From an uncultured Bacteroidaceae bacterium (GTDB lineage Bacteria > Bacteroidota > Bacteroidia > Bacteroidales > P3): 52,439 nucleotides of DNA. A program made the translations under genes and the position numbers. The notes beneath the pieces are model-generated. The model made no database searches. It had not been told where the DNA came from and was given only the letters and a program-made list of their open reading frames with translations. Positions 12,601-27,600 of the stretch are shown one piece after another (the stretch's first letter is position 1; each line of letters begins with the position of its first letter). The stretch lies in NCBI GenBank assembly GCA_964451895.1, contig CAYVJX010000001.1:7802-60240 (forward strand). The letters are read 5' to 3'.

Positions 12601-15600
12601 GTATCCACCACACCAGTCCAAGAGAAAGTCAGGTCGTTGCTCTTGGCCAACGTATCGGTAGCGTACGTGCCGGCAGACAAGGCCACCAAAGCATAATTCG
12701 CTTTTTCTACGGGATATACCGCACCGGGCTTGGCTTCAAGATGGTTGACTACCTCTATGGTCTTGTCGTGGCAGATGGTTACATCGGCAACATCGGTAAA
12801 CCAACCGTAATCCTCACAGTGCGAAACGAAGAGGAACATGCTGTCAAGAGCCGAACATCCGAAGGCGTTGGTCACTTCAAGAACCAACCATATGCCGTCG
12901 CTCTTCTTGTCTTCTTCACCCAACTTATACAACGGATGGATCGTGTCGGCATTGACGAACAAACCGTCGCCACGGGTAATCCAGTGCGGTTCGCCACCGA
13001 TGGCGGTATCGGAATAGAACCTGTAATCGGCATAGTTGTAGATACTGTCGTCCTTGCCGGCATCAGGAATAACGGGACGGAGCACCACATGCGCCGTATC
13101 ACTTATCAAGGCACTGTTCCATGTACAACGATACCTGCTGAACGCCATCACGCTGAACTCGTCCTCATTGGTGATGTCTTTGCTGATATACCGGAAATTC
13201 TTCTTGGTGTAACCGAACAACGGCTGGCCATTGCGGTACCATTGCAGGTCAGGTTCTTCCACATCGAAGGCAACTGCCCTGCCGGTAACGGTGGCTTTCA
13301 ATATCACTTCTATGTCACCGTTGAGATACGAGCAAGCCGTATCAATTTCGGGACTGATGGTTACCTGAAGCGTATCGGCGGGGAATACCACCAAGGTGGC
13401 GGTATCATCGTTGCGTACCGAATCATTGGCACAAGGCAGGCTGGATTTAACCCAACAGATAATATCGTAGTTGCTGCCATCCTCCTGTTGCTTGATGTTG
13501 ACAAGATCCAGATAAGGCATGTCGAGCGGTATCGTATTACCGCCATTATCCACCGTGGTTACCAAGGAACCGTTTACATACCAGTGGTAAACAGGATTGG
13601 TTCCACCGTTGGTTACATTGGCGACGATGCGGTAATCCTCGTTGGAGCAAACCGTATCCACTTTCAGGTCAAGGTCAACCTCAACCTTGGGTACGGGAAC
13701 GGAAGCCACCGTGAGTTCACGCGACCAAACGGGAGAATTCTTCGCATAGCAGTATTCGGTCTTATCCACATACAGGAGAGCCTTGATATGGCTGCCCACC
13801 GGCAGGTCGCCTTTGAAGGTTACGGTATCGGCAGTACGTACCAATGAACCGTCTTTATACCATTCGATATACCAGTTGTGGCTACCGTCTTCAAATACAG
13901 GTCCTGCTTCGGAAACGGCGGCGAACAGACGGGTGGTCTCACCCACGCAGATACGGATTGTATCGCCATCGATAGTACTGTTCGACTGGATGTTGATTCC
14001 CGCGTCGCGCGGCTGGATCACCACGATGGTATCAACAAGCGTGTCTTGCCTGTTGAGACGGCACCAACCGTTGTCCTGCAACACCACTTTAATGATGTAA
14101 GGAGCGCTGGAAGTAAAGTCAGCCCCCTTGAGGTCATTCAGAACGTTCCTGTTGTATCCGGCATGACCCAACCAGAATTCATTGTTGATATACCATGCGT
14201 AGTAGATGCTGTCTTTGTCGGCAGGCGTTACATTCGCCACCGCCGAGAAAGTTTCCCTCCAGCAGATGGAATCGGGCAGATGCAGAGTATTTTCGGCAAA
14301 ATCAACCGGACGGTTATCGTGGATATCCAGAAGGATTTCATCCGGACCGAACGGACAGCCGTAGGCATCCACGAAAGTGGCCTGAACCTTGACCTCATGC
14401 TTATGCGACATCATGGGCAACCTGAGGATAGCGCCGGTATCGCCCGTGCTCCAAAGTACATGCACGCCGGGATCTACATTAGCCACGATATGCGCCGTAT
14501 CATCACCGCAAATGGTCATCTTCGACTGAACCAGATGCGTATTGGCGGGACGTTTGCGGCTGACCACATTCACATCGATTACCGAATCGCAGTAATGGTC
14601 GGTATGAATGGTCAAAGTATATTTCCTGTCTATATCGGTGGCGATAAAGTCGCGGTTCGCACCCGTAGCGCCATCACTCCAAGTATAGGTTGTTCCACCC
14701 TGAGCCGCTACGCGCAAGGTATCGCCCAGACAGATGCTGGTATCGGGATTGATATTGAGCGAGCCTGCCACGGTGGTTCCCCTATGGATATACAATACCG
14801 GACTTTGTGCCGACTCGGTGACCGTACACATATTGTTGGCGAGAATAGCCACATACACGCTGTCGCCTTCGTGCCACGAGCGGCTGTAGGTCTGGCTTCC
14901 ATCCGCAGCGGCGATATGGTTGCCGTTGTAGTACCACTTGTAGCGCGGGTTATCGGTGTAACCGCTGTTGAACATCGCCGTAAACGTACCTTGCGTACCG
15001 CAGAAGAGCGTATCGGAGGCCTTAATCCACAGATCGGCTTCGATGGCCGTATCCACCTTGGCGTTTCCGGTAAGTATTACGGAATCAAATACAGGACACA
15101 AGGTATCGTAGAGCGGGTAAACCACCGCCTTAACCGCATCGCCGTCAAGAAGAGCGCCCAGATTTTCGCTGATCAGACCGTTCTTCTTAACCAATACATC
15201 GTTCACATACCAGTTGACGTAAGTGGTAACGGAATCAATGCCCTGTCCGCTTACCGAAGCGGTAAGGTCATAACCACGGCAAGTGCGCGGCAGATCCAGA
15301 ACGGGTTTGGGTATCGGCAACGGGTGGTAGTAGAAAGTTACCGGATCGCTGACACTGTAGCAGCCTTCGGCATATACCACACGGCGGACAGTAAGCTCCT
15401 TGCGCTGTTCGGGCGTTCCATATACGTGATAGAGAGACGAATGGTGGAGAGTATAGTTTTCTTCATCATTCACACCGGGAGCGAGACCCCACGACCACGA
15501 ACCCGAACCCAGATGCATCGTGAAATAGTGAGCTTCCCATCTGAAGGAGAAGGTCGTATCGAAATCCAACGAATCAATCGCATGGACAAGTACCGATGAA

Positions 15601-18600
15601 TCGGGACAAATCGAAACACCCGGAATCAAGGTGTTCGGCAACTGCGAGATATCGATCTTAAGCGTGTCGCTGTAAACGGTTTCCACTTTGCCCGTACATG
15701 CGGAGGTATAGGTAAAGGTGGCGTAAACCGTATTGGAATCCACGGTGGCTACCTGAACGCGGCTACCCGAACCCTTGAAGGCAACCGGATATACCGAGTA
15801 CCAGTTGTAAACACCCTCTACGTTGTTCTTTTCATGTTCGGCATATACATCCACCCAAACAGGCGTGCTGTCGGCGTTGCAGTTGTAACGTTTTACAAAA
15901 CCTAACTTGAAGCCGATCACCGTATCGCGTTCGCGAACCGTTACGGGAACCTGGGTCAATTCGCTCTGGCAACGACCCAAATGCTGGCCTGCGTAATAGA
16001 TGTATTCGCCCAAAGTCTTGTGAACCGAATCCGGAATGATATAGGCAACAGAGCTTTCTCCTTGCGCGCCCTCAACAAGCACCACGTTGCGGTCGGCATC
16101 GGCATACCAACCCACCACGGCACCGTTATAGCCGTCGTAAGCCACCAGTGTGTCGATAGGATTATAGAGGCAATATTCCCCATCGCCGCTTACCTTGATT
16201 GCCGGCATCGGCTTGGCAGGCGGAAGCTTGATAAGCACAGTATTGGGCGAATGGTATTCGCAACCGTTGGTGGAGAACTTCACGGCCGGATAGTAATAGC
16301 CGTCTGCTACCGGCTGGAACAGGGCATTGGAACTCCACGTATTACCGCCGTCGATACTGTAGAGGATACTGTCTCGCTGTTCAACGGGCACGGTAAGACC
16401 GATGGCCGCCGTATCGAACGTACAGGGCATGAGCCCGCTTATGTACATATCGCGAACATTGAGAGGACCGGGCGTGGTCATCACATACGGAGCCAACGTA
16501 TCATAAACCACCGTGCCGGCTTCACAATCGCCGCCATACAGAGTGGCTGCCACCACAATCTTTTCTCCCTTGCCCCAATTTCTAATGGTTTCGCCACAGA
16601 TATTATCATCATTCGGTGAGTCATGACGGTGGAAACTGAACAACGAACTGTTGCCGAACCTATCTACCCTATACCATGCAAACGTTCTGTAAATGCCGGT
16701 CTGAACGCCGTCAATTGTCAGAATAGCTCTCAAGGCATGCGTAGAACCTTCGCAAATCTGACTCGGACCATTAATCTTCACACGCACATCCTTTTTCGGA
16801 TCCACGGTAATGGTGGTGCTTACACTCATGGTCTGCGACTCTTCGGAACAATATTTTTTGGTCACTTCGGAAGTGTCGGATACGGTAAGGGTAAGCGTAT
16901 AGGTGCCCGGTTGCATCGCGCGGAACGAGATTTCCTTACCATTGGGAGCGATTACAGAAGTATCCATTTGCGGAGTCATGCTCCACATCATATGCAGGTT
17001 CGAACTTTCAAGACCGCCCGTAACAAAGGCTTCGAACTTGCCGGTCTTATCCATGCAGATGCTGTTAGGTCCATAGATAGAGGTAGCGACAAGGCAAGTG
17101 TCGGCAATACGTACCATCATGTTACCCCTTATACGGCAACCGTTGCTGTCGGTAACCGTTACCGTATAGCGTGTGGTATAGTATTGGTCTTTAGTCAACG
17201 ACTGGCTCAAGTAGGGAGTTTCGAGCGTGGTGTTGGGCAGACCGTTCCAAGAGTAGGAATACGGAGCGGAGTTACCGATTACCGTAACGCCCACAACCGC
17301 CGTATCACCCATTTGGATTACCGTATCGGGCAACATTACCAATTTGGATCCCGGATAAACATTAACACGCATCGAATCGACAGATTCTTTCACACAGATA
17401 TTTTCATCGTTGCGAATCTTGACGGTAACCAGAATGGATTCATCGCGGCCATCGATACTGTCGAGTATAAAGTTCGCTCCGTTCGAGGGTGCCAACACAT
17501 CGTTGCGGTACCACAGATAGTAGTCACCTTCGTTCACGGCACCGGTAGCCGTAAATTCGGCAGGAACATCCACACATGCGGCGGAATCACCCGACATCTG
17601 CGCCACAGGCTGAACATAATGGATAACCTTGACATAAACGTTGCTACTGTAAGCCGTATCGCAATATTCAAGACGCGGATCGGTGGCGATGGCCGCGCAA
17701 CGGAACAAAGCGTTGGACACATCGTGTGCCATCGTAGCCTTGTGGATAAGCAAGGTAACGTTATCGAGGCCTGTCCTGATGCTGTAATCATCGCCGCTCG
17801 TATCCACAACCGTCCAGGTAGTGCCATGGTCGGTTGACATTTCCCAGAAGTAGTTATTGGAGTAAGGTCTGTAACCCTGTACCTGCAGGTAAACGTATGC
17901 CGTATCACCCAAGCAAGTTTCGGTACCCGCACCACGCAGAATGAACTGCGGACAGGAAAGCACTTCCACATGAACAGAGGCTTCGTTGCTGGCGCAACCG
18001 ATCCTGTTGCGGGCCTGAACCGTATAGTAGTGGTCTATCTTGGCCCTTACCACGGTGGCGCTGTCGGTCTTCTTGTACGGCGAACGGATGTCGAACGAAG
18101 GATACCATTCGTAGGTAATACCGGATTCCCAATTTTCAATCACCTCAGCCCAGATATTGGCTTCCTTGTTGTATTCAACCACGGTATCCTTATGCGCCGT
18201 GATGACGGGTGTGGTCAATACATGCATACCTAAGGTCTTGGTCTGCATGCGGTTGGTATCCAAGCAAAGCACTTCAGGCGAAGCAGTGATGATGGCGTAG
18301 ATGCTGTCTCCTTCTTCAACGCTGTCGGTTCTGTAGGTCTTTTCGGCGCTTACAAACTTGCCGTTCAAGAACCATTCTACCGTGGGTTTTTCACCGGCAT
18401 CGAGCATACCCGAGATTACCTGCGTGGCGTTGAACAACACTTCGGCGAACCGGCAAACGCTGTCGCCGGGATAAACGTCGATGTTAACGCCCATCTTCTT
18501 GGAAGGTTCTATCGGCAGATAGAGGAATGGTGAACGAACCGGATTATGCCAGCTGTTAAACGCGCAACCCGAGTAAGAGGAATCCACATAAGCCTGGGCC

Positions 18601-21600
18601 CATACATATTCATCGCGGCCTACCTTGGTAAACAGGAAGCTGTCGGCCTGCGTACCGGCGGCCACCAATTCAGTCTGACGGTACCAATTGTAGCGAATGG
18701 CCGAATCGGGAATGGCTTCGGTACGGTTGATGATATGGGTATGAACCATGTAATCGCTGCCTTCGCACTTCTTGCCGTCGTGCGACAAAGTAAGGAATAC
18801 CGGTGAATAGCCTTCCGGCTTTTGGATAATAATGGTGTCGGAGGCCATCTGGAACTCGCCGCAGTTGGTGGTTCCGCTCACTTCATATACCAAGGTGTCG
18901 TTATCCGTCAAACCGGTGGAAAGGGTTCTCAGGATGCTGTCGGTGGATGCCAGTTCGCCGTTGATATACCACTTGTGGCTCTTCTTGCCGGCAATGTAGC
19001 CCGACTTGTTGTCCACCTTTATCTGCGGCAGGGCAACATAGTTGATCGGGTCAACCGCCGTACCGACATTATGGAGCGAAACTTCGGGATTGAAAGCACG
19101 GTTGGGTTCGCGTTCCTTAACACGGCGTACCAGCACTTCGTTCTGGTAGAAGTTGATATAGCCGTTCTGACGGATAATGTACAATATATCTCCTTCGTGC
19201 CACAGACTACCGCTCCACACGCGACCGCCGCGTTCGTAAATCATCAACTGAGGTTGGCCTCCTTCCTGGCTGATATAGAAGCAGTAATCGGCATCGTAAC
19301 CGCACCAGTTCCACCACCAGTAAGAGCAGTTGGTATGGGTGCGACCCTTGTAGTTGATACCCACCATGGCGGGAGCTTCCTTGCCACTGATTACGTAGCG
19401 GTAGATAAAGTCGCCTTCCATATCGGTAGTCGAAGTCAGATAGTTCCAATAATTGCCTGCATTGTGGATAATCTGAGCTCCGTTGATGTAAATCATCTCG
19501 CCCGAACTCCTCCACTGGGGCGTTTGCGGCGTAGGACTGTTGCAGGTGTCGATAATCTGTTCGGCCGTTACCCACAGGCTGTCAGAACGCATAAACTTCA
19601 CGTAAACCGTGTCGCGGCTCGTGCAACCGTAGCCGGTGGCTTCCACTTCGAAATAGGTGGAGGCATCGGGCATGGGCAGAACCACAACGCTCGTGTCTTT
19701 ACCTATGGTCTTGTGGTGAACATAAATGGAGGCACTGTCGTTGAACGCGGTCCACTTGTAGTGGATGCCCGTATCCTGCTTGGGCATGGCGTTCAAGGTC
19801 AAGTCGTAGTCAACACAAAGCGAATCGGGAACAGCATCTATCTTGGTGGGATAAACCACCGAAACGTATTCGTAGTTGGAAGTGACGGTCTTTGTGGTGA
19901 GACATTCGTCATTGCTGTTGATAACCACAAGGAAGATGTCTCCATGCTTGATTTCTCCACCGTAAACCAGCGTATCGGCCTGTTTCCTGCCGGCACGGCC
20001 TACGGTGTCGGTTTGAACAAGTACGTTATTGCGATACAATTGGGCGGTAGCGTTTTCAAGCCACCAATCGCCGCTGATCGCCATACGGAGGGTATCGCCT
20101 TCACAAATCCACCGGTCAAGCAAGGTGAGCTGGGCGGTGAGTTCATGTTTAACATTATAAACGTGAACCGTATCGTAGCTATGGCAACCGGCGGGCGTAG
20201 CCGCATCCACCACATAGGTGAACCAACCCGAATCAACGGAGTTGAACTTCACATAAGAAAGGTTTGCCGTTTGGCCGGACAGATAGGTGGAAGGATTCCA
20301 AGTGTAGCTGTAATCGGCTTTGGCGGCACTATTGTATGCCGAATCCTGAATATCGAGCGCATGGTTGGCGCAAGCATGCAGCGTGTCGGGGAAGTTGATT
20401 ACCGGCACGGTGTGGAGAGCCACACGCATGGTATCGACATAGCGGCAATCGAGGTCGTTTACGGTAGCGTGGAGAACATAGGTGCGCGTGGTGTCGAACA
20501 GACCGCTCCAGGCAAACGCGAGGTCTTTGGTAACCGCCAAGGTGTCGATAACCGTATCGGTGATCACCGTGAACCAATAGCTTGCGCTATCTACCGCCGA
20601 GAGGGCGCCCGATTTGGCAACCATACGGTTTTCGAGGCTTATGGTTTCAGAACCGCAGATAATCCGGTCTGCCCAATCTTTTTCAAGCTTGTAATCTTCG
20701 CAATGCGAGATAAAGAGGAACATGCTGTCTGCCGCGTAGCAACCGAACTTGTTGGTTACTTCCTGTACCAGCCAGATGCCTTCCGACTTCTTGTCGGCCA
20801 CACCCAATACATAGGTGGGATGCGAGGTATCGGTATATACGAAGTGGCCGTCGCCACGGGTAATCCAATGAGGTGTACCACCTATAGCCGTATCGGTGGA
20901 GAATACAAAGTCGGCATAATTGCGAACCGTGTCGTTCACACCGGCTTCCGAACTTATCGGCCACAGGAGGATGCGCGCCTTTTCACTTACCAACGAACTG
21001 TTCCAGGTGCAGAGATACTTGCTGAACGCCCGAACACTGAACACTTCGTTTCCGGTAAGGTTCTTGGTCGTGTAGTGCAGATCTTTGTCTGTCGCACCGG
21101 CGATAGGCGTAGGTGCATCGTTTTCGGTAGCCGCCACATACCACTGCAAGTCGGGTTCTTCGATATCGTAACCTTCGGCCATACCGATCACATCGGCATG
21201 CATGGTAACCACCACATTGCCGTTATCGTAGGCACAAGCCGTATCTACCTGCGGCGAGATAATCACATCCAGCGTATCGGCAGGGAATACCACCAAGGTG
21301 GAGACACCCTTGTTGCGGACACTGTCGGCGGCGCAAGGCAGGCTGGATTTAACCCAGCATACGATATCGTAGTTGGTGCCGTGCTGGGCGGCCTGCTGCT
21401 TGATGTCGATGATGTCGAGAATCGGCGAGTTGATGGGAACGGTATTGCCCCTTTCGTCGCCCATGGTGGCCAGGAAGCCGTTCACATACCAACGGTATTG
21501 CGGATCGGTTCCGCCATTGGTAACGTAAGCTTGAACCTGATATTCGCTGTTGGAGCAAATCGTATCCAATTTAAGGCTCAACTCAACCTGTACATCAGGC

Positions 21601-24600
21601 TGCGGAACCGAAACCACGGTAAGCACACGCGACTTGACAGGACTGTTGATCGCGTAGTTGCATTCGGTGGTATCCACGTACAGGATAGCATAAATCTGAC
21701 TGCCGATAGGCAGGTGGGCAAAGGTTACCGTATCGCCTCTTTGAACGAACGTACCGTTTCGATACCATTCGATATACCAGTTGTGGCTGCCGTCTTCGAA
21801 TACCGGACCGGCATTGGAAACGGCGGAGAACAGACGGGTGGCTTCACCCACGCAGATACGCAGGGTATCGTTGTCGATATGGCTGTTCGACTGGATGTTG
21901 ATACCGGCCTGTTTGGGCTGTTCCACCACAATCGTATCCACAATCGTATCCTGACGCATCCGCAAGCAGATACCGTTATCCTGAACGATTACCGTAATTT
22001 CATAGGGGGATGCCGAGGGGAAGTCGGTACCCTTCAAGGCCAGACTGTCGAGGTTGTAGCCCGATTTCCAATAAGCGCCGCTCCTGTACCAGGTAAAGTA
22101 CATATCGGCCTTGTCGTTGGGTTCAACCCGGGCAACCGCCGAGAACTGACTTCTCCAGCAAGCCGTATCGGGCAAGCCGAGGTTGTCTTTCACAAAGTTT
22201 ACGGGACGGCTGTCTCTTACCTGAACCGTAACGCTGTCAGGACCGAACTCACAACCGTAAACATCGGTAAACACCACCTTGATAGTAGAGTCTTTACCGT
22301 TGGGAACCACCACACGGATGGTATCGGAGGTATGACCCGTATTCCAAAGCACACCCGTACCCGGAGCCTTGGTTATCCAAAGGGTGGCCGTATCATCACC
22401 GCAAATCGTCAGTGAGTTCTGAACCAGTTTCGTATTGGCGGGACGTACACGGCTAACCACCGTTACGCTCAACGTGGTGTCGCAATAACCATCGGTATGA
22501 GCCGTTACACTATAAGTGGTAGGCGTTTGGATGGCCGTAAAGATACGTGCGCTATCGGTGGAATTATCGTTCCAAGCATAGGAATCAGCTCCGGAAACCT
22601 TCACACGCAAGGTGTCGCCCAAGCAAAGCGTATCGGTAGCGGCAACATCGATGGAAGCCGGAACGATCTGACCCTTGCGAGCATAGTAGTAGTCGCTGCG
22701 AACCGAATCGGAAGCCGGACAGTCGTTGCGGGCAAAGATTACCACACAAACGCTGTCGCCGTTCTTCACGTTATTGCTTGTATAAGATGCCATGCCGTTG
22801 GCGGAAGCCATGAGCACGCCGTTGTGATACCAGCGGTATTGCGGCGTATCGCTGTATTCGGCATTATAGGTGGCCTTAAACGTGTTGGAGAGGCTACAGA
22901 AGAGGGAGTCTTCCACACTGATGCTTACCTTGCCCTTGATGGCTTCGGTTACGGAAGCATATACGTTAAGTACAATCGAATCAACGGTGGCCGTACCGGC
23001 AGGCAACACCAAAGCGGAGTAGTCGGGATAAACCACCGCCGTAATGAGCGTGCTGTCTTTCCGTTTGCCGAAATTCTTGACAAGGGTATCGGCCGCAGCC
23101 ACAAGCGTGTCGTTCACATACCAGTTTACATAAGGCGAAACACCGAGGTTCGACCCCGTTACAAACGCATTCACATCCTGTTTTTCGCAAACCGGAGGAA
23201 CGGTGAGGCCGGCGGTGGGTATCACGGAACTTACGCACAATACCGTATCGCAATAGCCATCGGTGTGCAACTGAACGCAATATACGCTCTGACCGCTCTT
23301 GGCGTAAACATGGTGAACGCTGCCGGTGGCGTTATTGTCTTGCCACAGATAGCTGTCCGCGCCGGAAGCCACGAACTTGATGCTGTCGAGCTTCATCAGG
23401 CTGGTGTCGGGTACCGCCTCAACCGAACCGCTTACCGTAGGAGCCCTATGTCCCGCCAGAACAGACGCGCTGCGCACCGAATCGGCGGCAGGACAATCCA
23501 CGGTGGCGTGAATCATCACATAAACGCTGTCTCCCGGCTTGACGTTCATGCGGGTATAAGAGGATTTTCCGTCAGCGGAATCCACGCGAACGCCATTGTA
23601 GAACCACTTGTATTGCGGATCATTGCTGTATCCGATATTGTAAGAGGCCGTAAAGGTATTGCCGGGCGTACAGAAGAGCGTATCGGCAACCGTAATCTTG
23701 ATATCGGCCGCGATAGCCTCTTTAAGCTTAACGGTATCTTCTACCACAAGCGAATCAACGATGGGACACATCGTGTCGTAAACCGGGTAAACCACGGCGC
23801 GAACCTTGCTTCCCTGTGCCAGAACACCCAAGTTGACAGCCAAGGTGTCGTGCGTTTTCACAAGCATGTCGTTCACATACCAGTTGGCATAGGGGGCGGT
23901 TCCCAAGTAGGTGCCGCTTACCGTGGCGCCCACCATGTAACCCACGCAAACTTCAGGTACACTTATCGTAGCCGTGGCCGTGGGAGCGGGACTATAGTAG
24001 AATATAATCTCAGCACTGGTATCGCTGCAACCATCTACGCTCAGGATACGGCGTACCGACAATTGCTTGTAACCGGTGGGTTTGCCTTCAACGGGTTGCA
24101 GATAGCTGTGATATACCGTATAGTTTTCCTGCTTGCTGTTGCCTGTTGCGGCGTTCCATGTCCACTTGCCGGTAGAAGCATCGTAAGTCTTGGTCTGCCA
24201 TGTATATTTGAAGCTCGTGTCGCTCAAACCGCTTTCATCCAACGAATGGGCAACCGTCGAATCACCTATGCAAATCAACGAGCCGGGAGACAACGTATTC
24301 TCGATACCCGCCACTCTAATCGAAATGGTATCGCTATACAGCGTGCGGGTAGTGGCATCACAAGAGGAAACATAGGTAAATACGACGCAGATCCTGGCAC
24401 TATCCACCACATCCACGCTTACTTCTTTACCTGTTCCGGAAATAGCCTGACCGGTAAGCACCGTCCATTGATAGATACCTTCCACATTGATGGTGTCGAA
24501 TTGAACCGAAACCTTAACCGGAACGGCAACACCGTCGTCAACGCACTTAAAGCGTTTTACATAATGCAACTGCATGCCATTCGCCGTATCGGCTTCACGA

Positions 24601-27600
24601 ACGGTTACCGTGAAAGGCTTCGGATCACTCTTGCAATCTCCTGCATATTGGGCGGCATAGAAAGTATATACGCCTATCGTGTTCTTGATGGAATCGGGCA
24701 AACCGTAGGCAACTCTGCCTGCATTGACGGCACTCTGCGCCAACACTTGGGTCAGAGCCGAATCCGCGTACCAAACCATTATCGAGCCGCGATGACCGTC
24801 GTAGGCAACCAACGAATCAGCCAAAACACCCATGCATATACTGCTGTCGCCTTTTACCTGAACATCAGGCATCTTGGAAGGTTCGGGCAAGGAAACAATG
24901 ATAACCGTATCTGAGATGTATTCGCAACCGGTGGCGATAAACTTAACTCCCGGATAATAGTCGCCGTCTTCCACCGGAGTAAACAAACTGTCGGAATGCC
25001 ATGTCTTGCCACCGTCTATGGTGTATTGAACCTGTCCTTCTTGCGCCATGGGAACATTCAGACCGATAACCGCCGTGTCGAAAGTACAAGGTTCAAGACC
25101 GCCCACATAGATACGGCGAGCCTGGAGCGGGCCGGGCTGCGGGTTGATTACGGGACGCAGGGTATCATAAACCACCATACCCGTTTCGCATTCATCCCCA
25201 CCCATCGTGGCCGCAACGCTTACCCAATCGTATTCTGTCCAATTCTTCACCACGAACTGGGCGCTCGTGCTGTTTTGAGCCTTAACGATATTGCCGAGCC
25301 TGTCATACTGTTGCCAAGCATAAGATACCGCTATGGTAGCCGCACTGCCGTTCACGTAGGACGTTGCCGTAAGGGTGCTTTCGGTTCCGGCACAAAGGGC
25401 AGCCAAGGTATCGATGCGTACTTCGAAAGTCTTGGGAGGTTCTACCGTAAACTGGAAGGTAGCGGTTGCCGAATGAGGTTCATCCGGACAGAGTTCCTTA
25501 ACGTATTCGGAAGAGTCAACCGCCGCGAAAGTGAGGTTGTACGTGCCCGGCTTCAAGGCGCGAACCGTGAATTCCTTACCGGTAAAGGTAACTACCGTGG
25601 TATCGACAACCGGAACACACCGCCACATATAGTGGATGTCGGCATTCTGCAAGCCGCCCGTAACAAGACCCTTGAAAGTAACCGAGGAGTCGAAGCAAAC
25701 CGTCTTGGGCCCGTAGATAGATACATAGAGCTTGCAGGTATCTTCGATGCTTACGGTCATGCTGCCCTTGGCCGAGCAGTGGTTGCTGTCGGTAACCGTT
25801 ACGGTATAAATCGTGGTGAACAGCTGGTTCTTGGTGGCCGTAGAATCGGTATTCGTGGCAAACAAGGTGGTGTTGGGCAAACCGTTCCAACTATAGGTAT
25901 AAGGCGTTGTGCCACCGCTTACCAATACGCCCACAGGAGCCGTATCGCCGATATGGATGGCCGTGTCGGGATACATGACAAGCTGCGGTTGCGGATAAAC
26001 CGAGATATGCAGGGTATCGGTAGCTTTGGCATTGTCCACACAAGCGTTCTGGTCATTGCGGATAATGGTGGAGACAGAAATCTGGGTATTGCCCTTCACG
26101 CTGTCCAGACTCAATGTACTGCCGTTGCCGGCCGCCATCTGACCGTTCACATACCATTGGTAGTAGTCACCCGGATTAACGGCACCCGAAGCGGTAAAGA
26201 TAACCGGAGAGCGAGGACAGATAGCCGTATCGCCATAGACCTTGGCAACGGGAATTGTGTAATCCACCACATCAATGAACGCGCTACGGCTATAAACTGT
26301 GTCGCAAGTCAACAGCGTGTCGGTGGCGACAGCACCGCAACGGAACAAGGAATTCGCCTTGTCGTAAGCGGCCAGAGTCTTGGCCAATACCAATGTTACA
26401 CTATTGGTACCCACCCGAATATCGAAATCGCCATCCGTCAACGGGTCGAGCGTACGCCAGGTAGCACCGTTATCGTGCGAAATCTGCCAGAAGTAGATAT
26501 TGGTGTAAGGCCTGAAGCCTTGTACCTGCAAATAGATGAACGCTGTATCGCCGGCGCAAGCCTTGGTGCCCGAACCACGCAAGATAAACTGCGGGCAGGT
26601 AAGCACTTCCACATGAACGCTGGCCTCGTTACTGTAGCAACCGATAGAGTTGCGGGCCTGTACCGTGTAGATATGGTCGATTCTCGACTTAACCACCGTG
26701 GCGCTGTCGTTGGCGCTGTAAGGTTCACTGATATCGAAAGAGGGATACCATTCGTATTTAAGGTTCGGTTCCCAATTCTTGATCACTTCCGCCCACAACT
26801 TGGCTTCGCTGTTGTAGGTAACGATGGTGTCTTTGTGAGCCGCCAAAACAGGAGCCGGCAACACATCCATGTGAACCACCCTCGTTTGCTTGCGGTTGGT
26901 ATCGAGACACTGTACTTCGGCGCTGGCGGTAATGATGGCATAAACACTGTCGCCATCCTGCAGGCTGTCGGTTCTATAAGTCTTATCGGAGCTTACGAAT
27001 CGGCCGTTCAGATACCATTCCACCGTGGGATTCTCACCGGCATCGGGCAAACCGGAAACCACCTGCGTGGCATTGAACAACACATCGGAGAACAGGCAGA
27101 CGGTCTGACCCGGGAATACATCCACATTGACACCCAGAACCTTGGCAGGTTCCACAGGCAAAGTAAGGTAAGAAGAACGAACCGGGTTCTTGATGTTGTT
27201 GAATGCACAATGCTTGGCAATCGTATCCACATAGGCCTGCGCCCAGACATATTCGTTGATACCCGCGTTGGTGATTACGATGCTGTCGGCACGGGTCGCG
27301 CTGGCGATTCTAAGGTCGCCACGGTACCAATTGTAGCGGATCGCCGAATCGGGCACTTCGCCGCTGCGGTTAATCAGGTGGGCGCGTACGGTAAAGTCGC
27401 GACCTTGGCACTGGGTGCTGTCGGTGGTAAGCAAGAGGAATACAGGCGTATAACCCTTAGGACTTTGTACCGCCAAGGTATCGCGAACCGTCTGAAGCCC
27501 GTCACACTTAGTCTGGCCGCTCACCTCGTAAACCAAGGTATCGTTCATTCCCGTAAAGCCGGCTTCATGAACCTTCAGTATGCTGTCGGTCGAAACCACC

